Shown here: in pieces, positions 25,473 through 32,844 of the stretch
Layout of the letters: every line of letters begins with the position of its first letter
Position numbering within the stretch: the first letter of the stretch is position 1
Program-made: the position numbers and the translations under genes
Notes under the pieces: generated by a model
The model's input: only the letters and a program-made list of their open reading frames with translations
What the model was told of the DNA's origin: nothing
Database searches by the model: none
Origin: Deltaproteobacteria bacterium
Lineage (GTDB): Bacteria; Desulfobacterota; Dissulfuribacteria; Dissulfuribacterales; UBA3076
NCBI GenBank assembly: GCA_003194485.1
Contig: PQXD01000008.1
Coordinates: 6,130-70,129, forward strand
Length of the DNA stretch: 64,000 bases
Reading direction: 5' to 3'

Positions 25473-26243
25473 TCAAAGTAAAACCAGGCGCATAAAATCC
25501 TCTGACAGTATTATCGGCCCCTTATAGACCTTGCTGCAGGGTGTAATCAGGTCATGTTCATCACAATTCGGATAAAAATGGTTAAGGAGCAATCGCTTAA
25601 CTCCGGCGGCCTGGGCAATTCTTCCTGCTTCAGATGGAGTCAGGTGCCCTGGGATCTTGTAGCCTTCAGGGGCTGCGCACTCTGAAACCAGAAGATCAGT
25701 GCCTTGAGCAAGCTCTATCAGTTCATCGCAGAAATCAGTATCTCCTGAAAATACCACTGATCTGCCACTCGATGTCTCGATTCGATAGGCCAGGCTCTGG
25801 GGAGTATGATTAGTCGGTGCACTCCGTATTGTAAGAGGGGGAAGCTGCATTGCTGCACTCATCTCCTGTGGGATCTCTTCGAAGAAGACCTTCCCGGGCT
25901 CAGGTTCCACCCACTGTCCGAATGCCTGTATCATGGACTGATAAAACCGCTTGAGCCCTTTGGCAGCCATGACCGTCACAGGAGAATTCCTTTTGTATCC
26001 GAGCGGATACCTTGTGGCAAAGATAAAGGGCGCCAGTTCCCCTATGTGGTCCGGGTGAAAGTGTGTATAGAGCAAAATGTCAAGCGTGTCATAGGATATG
26101 CCTGCCCTGACCAGTTGCCTTAAGGTCCCTGCGGCACTGTCTATGAGCAGGGTCTGTCCTTCGACCCTCAAACAGGTAGCAGGACCTGCTCTCCTTATAG
26201 AAGGGACACCTGTCCCGGAACCAAGTATGATTATCTCCATCAT
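25473..26243 (-). CDS. MBL-fold metallo-hydrolase (RNase Z/ElaC-like)
   Basis: IIILGSGTGVP...LLIDSAAG...LLYTHFHPDHIGEL (HxHxDH), and C-terminal LLNHF. Confidence 0.75.
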   Translation of the reverse strand: MMEIIILGSGTGVPSIRRAGPATCLRVEGQTLLIDSAAGTLRQLVRAGISYDTLDILLYTHFHPDHIGELAPFIFATRYPLGYKRNSPVTVMAAKGLKRFYQSMIQAFGQWVEPEPGKVFFEEIPQEMSAAMQLPPLTIRSAPTNHTPQSLAYRIETSSGRSVVFSGDTDFCDELIELAQGTDLLVSECAAPEGYKIPGHLTPSEAGRIAQAAGVKRLLLNHFYPNCDEHDLITPCSKVYKGPIILSEDFMRLVLL

Positions 26244-26265
26244 TTTCCCAACTCCTTCGAAGAAA

Positions 26266-26348
26266 GTTCAGGGTTCCAGGTTCAAAGGTTGGAAGGTTAA
26301 TAAAAAAAGCAACATTGAACGGTGAACTCTGAACCTCTGAACGGTTAC
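26266..26348. repeat. GTTCA-class low-complexity inverted repeat
   Basis: GTTCAGGGTTCCAGGTTCAAAGGTTGG ... loop AAGGTTAATAAAAAAAGCAACATT ... GAACGGTGAACTCTGAACCTCTGAACGGTTAC. Fills the MBL/UPF0280 intergenic gap. Confidence 0.65.
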
Positions 26349-27080
26349 TTACAGATTTAACGGAACAAGCTCTATCTGTCCCCAGGCACCGAGTTTCGTC
26401 CCTTTTATAATCAATCCTCCCAGGATTCCTGGAATCTGTTTTAAGGCCTTGATTCCCCGGTCTATATCTCTTTCCGTTCTTACCATATTCCCCACAGATG
26501 TTGCAGTTGCATCTGCCAGGGCTACGGATTGAGAGACCACGGTCACTGCATCTGCCTTTCCAAAACTTTTTGAATGACCCACCGTACCTGATGAGGTACA
26601 TATTCCCAAAGGCGTCAGGCCGGGAGCAATGGCGACGCCGACCCGTCCGCTGAGAGGTGAGGTGCCTGCCCAAACGGCTGAAGTAACCGGCTTGAAGACC
26701 CGGAGAAATATGTCTCCGCCATTTTCAACTACGATCTCTCCTGCACTAAGCTCCATGCACCTTTTGCCTATGTGCTGGGCTATAGCTCCGGCCACTGCAG
26801 CCATCGGGCCGACACCAGCGGCTGCAGAACTTTCTATCATATCCCTGACTACGGAAGGGGCAAAAGGGTCATCAGGCAAGGGGACATAGCTTTCGAGAAA
26901 ACCGGGGTGACTGCGGGCATAATCCTCAATAGACAGCCGTATCTCTATGACCCATTTTGAAACTTCATCTTCAAGATCGCTCTCGGCCTGTATGTGAAGG
27001 TCGGTTTCCCGGTGGCGGACCTGAAAGCCGACCAGACCGTCTCTGGCTGTAAGGGAACGGTATGTGCGCTTTTCACCCAC
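26349..27080 (-). CDS. UPF0280-family (ApbE-like fold) protein
   Basis: 243 aa. YRSLTARDGLVGFQVRHRETDLHIQA... and GDIFL...G..GICTSSGTVGHS pattern as I recall for UPF0280. Confidence 0.6.
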   Translation of the reverse strand: MGEKRTYRSLTARDGLVGFQVRHRETDLHIQAESDLEDEVSKWVIEIRLSIEDYARSHPGFLESYVPLPDDPFAPSVVRDMIESSAAAGVGPMAAVAGAIAQHIGKRCMELSAGEIVVENGGDIFLRVFKPVTSAVWAGTSPLSGRVGVAIAPGLTPLGICTSSGTVGHSKSFGKADAVTVVSQSVALADATATSVGNMVRTERDIDRGIKALKQIPGILGGLIIKGTKLGAWGQIELVPLNL

Positions 27081-27085
27081 CGGCT

Positions 27086-28123
27086 TCAGGCAAAGATATC
27101 CCCAAGTTCCTGACGCGGAGGCCGCGCAAGTAACTCACTAACAGCATCTTTAGGATCGAGACCTTTGTACAGCACCCTGTAGACTTGGTCCGTAATAGGC
27201 ATATCGACCTTGTGATTCCTGGCCATGGCATAGGCCGAATTCGTAGTCTTGACGCCTTCTGCCACCATGTTCGTTTCCTTAAGTATGGTGTCAATGGATC
27301 GGCCCCGACCCAGCTTCAGGCCGACCCGGCGGTTCCGGCTCAGGTCTCCGGTACAGGTGAGTACAAGATCTCCAAGGCCGGCAAGCCCTGTAAATGTCAG
27401 AGGATTTGCCCCCAACCTCATACCCAGGCGCGACATCTCTGCAAGTCCCCTGGTAATCAGGGCCGCTCTTGTATTGGTCCCGAATCCCATGCCGTCTGAT
27501 ATGCCGGAGGCAATAGCTATGACGTTTTTAAGCGCCCCGCCCAGTTGAACACCCATAAGGTCCAAGCTGGTATAGACCCTGAAGGTCTCTGTAGTAAAAA
27601 AGTCCTGGAGATCTTTACACAGTTTATGTTCTGAAGCCGCTATTGTAACAGCGGTCGGGATGGAAGATGCCACCTCCTGAGCAAAGCTTGGGCCGGAAAG
27701 GGCAGCCAACCTGCCGGACAGCCTTGAGGGAAGCACCTCCTTCATGATCTCCGTCATGGTGAGCAGTGTCCTGTTTTCTATGCCCTTGCTGGCAGAAACC
27801 AGGGCATAAGGTAAATCTGGTGATTGTGATGGATCGCTAAGGACAATCGAGGCCTTTTCGGCGACATCTCTGAGACCATGTGAAGGTACTACAAAGAGAA
27901 TAATTTCTCTGTTTATTACAGCTTGAGAGATATCCGAGGTGATTTTCAGTGCCGCGGGCAACTCCACCCCCGGGAGGTACGATTTATTTTCGCGATCCCT
28001 GCGGATCTGTTTCGCAAACTCCTGGTCCCTGGCCCAGAGTACTGTTTCAACTCCTTTGTTGGCCAGAAGCACGGCAAGAGCAGTTCCCCAACTCCCTGCT
28101 CCCAAAACTCCTGTCCGTTTCAT
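27086..28123 (-). CDS. gpsA: NAD(P)H-dependent glycerol-3-phosphate dehydrogenase
   Basis: VLGAGSWGTALAVLLANKG..., GALKNVIAIASGISDG, and DLVLTCTGDLSRNRRVG. Confidence 0.92.
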   Translation of the reverse strand: MKRTGVLGAGSWGTALAVLLANKGVETVLWARDQEFAKQIRRDRENKSYLPGVELPAALKITSDISQAVINREIILFVVPSHGLRDVAEKASIVLSDPSQSPDLPYALVSASKGIENRTLLTMTEIMKEVLPSRLSGRLAALSGPSFAQEVASSIPTAVTIAASEHKLCKDLQDFFTTETFRVYTSLDLMGVQLGGALKNVIAIASGISDGMGFGTNTRAALITRGLAEMSRLGMRLGANPLTFTGLAGLGDLVLTCTGDLSRNRRVGLKLGRGRSIDTILKETNMVAEGVKTTNSAYAMARNHKVDMPITDQVYRVLYKGLDPKDAVSELLARPPRQELGDIFA

Positions 28124-30576
28124 TCTTCGTCCTGTTCAGCCAGCTTTGCCACTGCTGCCAGGCGGTCTCCTTCCTGAATCCGTATAAGGCGCACGCCCTG
28201 GGTAGATCGACCGATTATACGTACGTCCTGAACACTTATTCTAATGATATTCCCGCTGGCACCTATCAGCATGACCTCGTCATGGCCATTTACAAGGATT
28301 ACGCCCACTACATGGCCCACCTTTTCCGTGGTCCTGATATTGATTACGCCCTTTCCACCCCTTGATTGTACACGGTATTCGCTTACATGGGTCCGCTTTC
28401 CGTATCCGTTTTCAGTGACGGTGAACAGCGTTTCCTGGGCCTTTGAGATTACCACCATGGCAACCACGTGGTCTCCTTTTGCGAGCTTGATGCCCCGCAC
28501 ACCTGCCGCAGTACGACCCATTGGCCTTACATTGTTTTCCGGAAACCTGATACTTTGCCCATGTCTCGTGCCAAGGAATATGTCAGCCTGGCCATCAGTA
28601 ATAGCAGCCGCTATGATTTCATCGCCCTCTCGTACCGTGGCTGCGATGATACCTGTGGGCCTTGGCCTTGAAAACGCATCAAGCGGGGTCTTCTTGACCA
28701 CTCCTTTCCTTGTTGCCATGATTACAAAATGATCAGCTTCAAAGGTACGTACCGGCACTACGGCGGCAATATGCTCATTGGCCTCCCTGTCAATCGGCAG
28801 AAGATTTACCAGGGCCTTGCCGCGGCTCATCCTGGATGCCTGTGGAATCTCATGGACCTTCAGCCAGTAAAGTCTCCCCAGATTGCTGAAACAGAGAAAA
28901 TAATCATGGGTGGAGGCCACAAACAGATCGGCAACAAAATCTTCCTGCTTAGCGGACAGCCCGGTGATGCCCTTTCCGCCACGTCTCTGGCTGTGATACA
29001 GGCTCAATGGATTGCGTTTGATATAGCCATTGTGAGATAAGGTCACCACCATGTCTTCTTCAACTATAAGGTCTTCGATTCTGATCTCTTCAGGGTCTCC
29101 TATAATCTCGGTACGCCTGGGAATAGCGTATTCGTCCTTAAGGGCCTTGAGCTCTTTTTCGATAATTTCAAGGACCAGGGCATCACTTGCCAGAATTTTT
29201 CGATAGCTTTCGATATCTTTCAGGATTTGCCGATATTCTTCCAGGATCTTTTCCTGCTCAAGGCCGGTCAGGCGCTGAAGCTTCATGTCGAGAATCGCCT
29301 GGGCCTGTATGGCCGTGAGTCCGAAATTCTTAATAAGCCCTGATTTGGCCTCTGCAGGCGTGCTCGATCCCCGAATAAGGGCCACCACCTTGTCCAGATT
29401 GTCAAGTGCGATCTTGAGTCCCTTGAGTATATGGGCACGCTCTTCGGCCTTCCTGAGCTCATATTTAGTCCGCCTGATGATTACGGTCTTTCTGTGCTGG
29501 AGGAAGTGGACCAGGACCTCTTTGAGGTTCAGGAGTTCCGGCCTGCCATTGACTATGGCGAGGAAAATCGTCCCAAAAGAGCTTTCCATGGCCGTATGTT
29601 TATATAGATGGTTGAGGATCACCTGGGCGATTCCCTCTTTCTTCAGCTCTACTACGATCCTCATTCCATCCCGGTCGGATTCGTCACGCACGGCATGGAT
29701 CCCTTCAACCTTTTTATCGCGGGCAAGTTCGGCGATCTTTTCCACCAGCTTTGCCTTGTTAACCTGGTATGGAATCTGGTTAATGACTATGTGTTCCCGC
29801 TTGCCTTTGGCCTGCTGTTCTATTACAGCCCTGGCCCGCATTTTGATGATTCCGCGTCCTGTTTCGTATGCCGATTTGATTCCGCCCTTTCCACATATAA
29901 AGCCGGCTGTTGGAAAGTCAGGCCCCGGGATATATTCCATAATATCAGCTACGGTTATGTTCGGATTCCGTATAAGGGCGATCAAGGCGTCCACCACCTC
30001 ACCGAGATTGTGGGGAGGAATGTTGGTGGCCATTCCCACGGCTATACCTGATGAACCATTGATTAACAAATTCGGCACTTTGGAAGGAAGCACCAGGGGT
30101 TCTAAAAGGGAATTATCGTAATTGGCGACAAAATCCACGGTTTCCTTGTCGATATCCGCCATGAGCTCATGGGCCAGTTTTGTCTGACGGATCTCGGTGT
30201 AACGCATTGCCGCGGGAGCATCTCCATCGATTGAGCCGAAATTTCCCTGGCCGTCGACAAGTGGATATCCCATGGCAAAGTCCTGGGCCATCCTGACTAT
30301 GGTGTCGTAAACCGCCGCATCTCCGTGGGGGTGGTATTTACCTATTACATCGCCCACAATGCGGGCCGATTTCTTATACGGTTTATTGTAGTCGTTTCTC
30401 AGATCCTGCATGGCATAGAGGATGCGCCTGTGCACCGGCTTGAGTCCATCCCGGACGTCGGGCAGGGCCCTTCCGATTATCACGCTCATGGCGTAATCGA
30501 GATAGGACTTTTTGAGCTCTTCGGTGATACCGCACGACTTAATAACTCCAGATGAAATTTCTATCCGTTCCTGCAT
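28120..30576 (-). CDS. gyrA: DNA gyrase subunit A
   Basis: YLDYAMSVIIGRALPDVRDGLKPVHRRILYAM, GKYHPHGD, active-site AAMRYTE, and C-terminal beta-pinwheel repeats. 818 aa. Confidence 0.95.
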   Translation of the reverse strand: MQERIEISSGVIKSCGITEELKKSYLDYAMSVIIGRALPDVRDGLKPVHRRILYAMQDLRNDYNKPYKKSARIVGDVIGKYHPHGDAAVYDTIVRMAQDFAMGYPLVDGQGNFGSIDGDAPAAMRYTEIRQTKLAHELMADIDKETVDFVANYDNSLLEPLVLPSKVPNLLINGSSGIAVGMATNIPPHNLGEVVDALIALIRNPNITVADIMEYIPGPDFPTAGFICGKGGIKSAYETGRGIIKMRARAVIEQQAKGKREHIVINQIPYQVNKAKLVEKIAELARDKKVEGIHAVRDESDRDGMRIVVELKKEGIAQVILNHLYKHTAMESSFGTIFLAIVNGRPELLNLKEVLVHFLQHRKTVIIRRTKYELRKAEERAHILKGLKIALDNLDKVVALIRGSSTPAEAKSGLIKNFGLTAIQAQAILDMKLQRLTGLEQEKILEEYRQILKDIESYRKILASDALVLEIIEKELKALKDEYAIPRRTEIIGDPEEIRIEDLIVEEDMVVTLSHNGYIKRNPLSLYHSQRRGGKGITGLSAKQEDFVADLFVASTHDYFLCFSNLGRLYWLKVHEIPQASRMSRGKALVNLLPIDREANEHIAAVVPVRTFEADHFVIMATRKGVVKKTPLDAFSRPRPTGIIAATVREGDEIIAAAITDGQADIFLGTRHGQSIRFPENNVRPMGRTAAGVRGIKLAKGDHVVAMVVISKAQETLFTVTENGYGKRTHVSEYRVQSRGGKGVINIRTTEKVGHVVGVILVNGHDEVMLIGASGNIIRISVQDVRIIGRSTQGVRLIRIQEGDRLAAVAKLAEQDEE

Positions 30577-30639
30577 TTTTGCAGACTCCTGATCCTGACT
30601 CGTGCCGTTCTCATTGTAAGAGAGGGGTCGATGTGACGG

Positions 30640-31083
30640 TTAACTGAGGCTGGTTCCTGTTGTGGTCATGGTAAGCTGGCAGTGCTTTACACCCTTAAGG
30701 GCCTTTAGCTTGTAGGCAAGATTGCGCAGGGCATCAGGTTCCCCGCGGACAATAGCTACCTCCAGACAGTTATGATGATCCAGATGTACATGCTGCGACA
30801 CGATAACATGGTCTGGAAAATTGTGCTGAATATCAATAATTGAATCTACCAACTCCCTCTTGTGGTGGTCAAATACATAGGTGATAGCGCCCACCACCAC
30901 TTGTCCTTCAAACTCTTTTTCCCACTCCTGCTCTATTAATTTCTCCCGTATGAGGTCGCGAATGGCCTCTGACCTGTTACTGTATTCCCGCTCTCTGATG
31001 TATTTATCAAAGGCGCGAATCAGACCCAGAGGAATAGAGACACCAAATCTTGTTATTGATTTATTGCTTTCGATCTTTTTCAT
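30640..31083 (-). CDS. nikR: Nickel-responsive regulator NikR (RHH plus ACT-like domain)
   Basis: TRFGVSIPLGLIRAFDKYIREREYSNRSEAIRDLIR (ribbon-helix-helix). C-terminal HHKRELVDSIIDIQHNFPDHVIVSQHVHLDHHNCLEV metal-site histidines. I place the start at MKKIESN (31083) rather than the track start at 31116. Confidence 0.85.
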   Translation of the reverse strand: MKKIESNKSITRFGVSIPLGLIRAFDKYIREREYSNRSEAIRDLIREKLIEQEWEKEFEGQVVVGAITYVFDHHKRELVDSIIDIQHNFPDHVIVSQHVHLDHHNCLEVAIVRGEPDALRNLAYKLKALKGVKHCQLTMTTTGTSLS

Positions 31084-31104
31084 ATTATTTCCGAGATATT
31101 TAAA

Positions 31105-31146
31105 GTAACCGTTCACGGGTTCAAAGGTTCACCGTTCAGGGTTACC
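31105..31146. repeat. GTTCA-class low-complexity arm
   Basis: GTAACCGTTCACGGGTTCAAAGGTTCACCGTTCAGGGTTACC, just upstream of nikR. The opposite-orientation partner lies at 31330-31358. Confidence 0.6.
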
Positions 31147-31329
31147 TTTCTTTCGTTGACCTTGCGAATTAGCTCCCGGGCCAACTGCCATGCCTGCCTG
31201 TGCGTCGCACGCAGACAGGCTTCAATATCCTCAAATCGTTCCCTATGATGATTTCTCTATTCAGAACTTATGAATTAACAGCTCAGACGCAACTGTAACA
31301 GAATCACAGCAGACAAATTTTCGGTAAAC

Positions 31330-31358
31330 AACCCAGAACCTCTGAACCGTGAACAGTT
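31330..31358. repeat. GTTCA-class low-complexity arm (inverted partner of 31105-31146)
   Basis: AACCCAGAACCTCTGAACCGTGAACAGTT. Confidence 0.55.
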
Positions 31359-31454
31359 ATTATTTAAATATATTTCAGTAAAACATCGTGTCAATATATT
31401 GTCAAACATATGTTTTGCGATGATATGATCCTTATTGTAAAATTATATGCGCTG

Positions 31455-31856
31455 GTAAATATCCGGTGAACCCGTTATATCCTGCCTTGAAGCGGTTAGC
31501 TTTTTCCGGGTTTCAAAGCTCACTCATCGCAGACCGAAAGAGGCAGTGCAATCCGGCCCGCGATCGAAACCCTGCAAAAGGCAAACCGCTCCTGCGGCAG
31601 GGCGCGGATGGCAACCGTTCACAGGAAGGGGATATTTCTTTGAACAGTTTATAACGGAAGCCCCCGTAGTTTTCTCGGCTTTTGCTGTGGGGGAAACTGC
31701 ATCGCCTTAAGCGCAGCGTAAGGCGAATGCAGAGGGGGCAGGACATCCCCCATGTCAAAGGCCTTAAGAAAACAAGGGGCTGAAGTGTGAAGTGAAAAGA
31801 AATATCCCCTCCCAGTGAACGGTTACGTGGGACCACGGGTTCATAAGAATATTTAC
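31455..31856 (+). mobile_element. Type-A MITE, long composite form (402 bp), copy A4 (degenerate right end, no clear TSD)
   Basis: The left end is standard and the right end is the variant GGGTTCATAAGAATATTTAC. The inner module spans about 31613-31825. The element ends 12 nt before the kinase ATG. Confidence 0.8.
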
Positions 31857-31868
31857 TGCAATAAATAT

Positions 31869-32840
31869 ATGACGTTGAAGCCACCATTTGCAACGCTTCT
31901 CTCCTCTGATGGATCTGACAGGCGTTTTTTCAAGATCCGCTGGAAGGGCAAGCCTGCCCTGGCAATTGAACCTTCTCCAGGAGATACAGGTACTTCCGAG
32001 TCCTGCAGTTATGTTGCTATCGGGAATCATCTGGCCAGGGCCGGAATCCCGGTTCCAAAACTATATGATTTTAATAAAAAAACCGGAATTATAGTGGTGG
32101 AGTATCTTGGAGACAGGCATTTGCAGACAGAGATCCTGGCACTGATCTCCCAAAGTAAATGGTCACGGGTCAAAGAGCTTTACCGGCAGGCCCTTTCTTT
32201 GTTGGCAAAGATGCAGATATGGGGCTGCCGGGGGTTCAACCTCGAATGGTGCTATGACTCAGAATATTATGACAGCAAACTGGCCGGGGAACGAGAGGCC
32301 TTTTACTTTTTGCGGTCCTTTGTTGAAGATCTCATGGGCTGCAGTAAGACACCGGAGCTTGAAGATGAACTTTCAAGGCTGGCTTCACAAGTAGATTTTA
32401 TTGACAATAAGGAGTATTTTTTGCATCGGGACTTTCAGTCCCGAAATATTCTGGTCCGGGACGGAATCTTGAGGATAATCGATTTCCAGGGAGGGCGTTT
32501 GGGTCCCCTGGGCTATGACGTTGCCGCCCTGATCCTGGATCCTTATGTGGCACTATCGAAGAATATTTGGCCCGAGCTCTTGCAATTCTATCTGGACGAA
32601 CTTGATGTCCTGGATATCGCCGTGGATAAAACTGCTTTTGAAAGAGAATTTCGTCTGCTTGCCCTCCTGCGTACCATGCAGGTATTGGGTGCATATTCAT
32701 ACCTATATTTAAAAAAGGGGAAGATTTTCTTTAGGCCATATATCTCTCCCGCCCTTTCAAATTTAAAGACATTGCTTTCCTGCAAAGACTTTGAAGAACT
32801 GGAGCATCTGAGGCTGCTGGCAGCAGAGCTCAACTATTAA
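31869..32840 (+). CDS. Aminoglycoside-phosphotransferase-fold kinase, AmgK-like (anomeric sugar kinase family)
   Basis: N-terminal SSDGSDRRFFKI, catalytic loop HRDFQSRNILV, and IDFQGGRLGPLGYDVAALI. The start is taken at MTLKPP (31869) because the track start at 31815 lies inside the MITE. Confidence 0.7.
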   Translation: MTLKPPFATLLSSDGSDRRFFKIRWKGKPALAIEPSPGDTGTSESCSYVAIGNHLARAGIPVPKLYDFNKKTGIIVVEYLGDRHLQTEILALISQSKWSRVKELYRQALSLLAKMQIWGCRGFNLEWCYDSEYYDSKLAGEREAFYFLRSFVEDLMGCSKTPELEDELSRLASQVDFIDNKEYFLHRDFQSRNILVRDGILRIIDFQGGRLGPLGYDVAALILDPYVALSKNIWPELLQFYLDELDVLDIAVDKTAFEREFRLLALLRTMQVLGAYSYLYLKKGKIFFRPYISPALSNLKTLLSCKDFEELEHLRLLAAELNY

Positions 32841-32844
32841 GTAG

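Noticed and set aside
31147-31329. Sequence enclosed by the GTTCA arms upstream of nikR considered as a second four-helix-bundle gene relic. The minus frame gives ...AWQLARELIRKVNERK.
   Set aside because: Only a short helix-like peptide can be read, and no family-specific N- or C-terminal signature is present. The evidence is insufficient to call a pseudogene.
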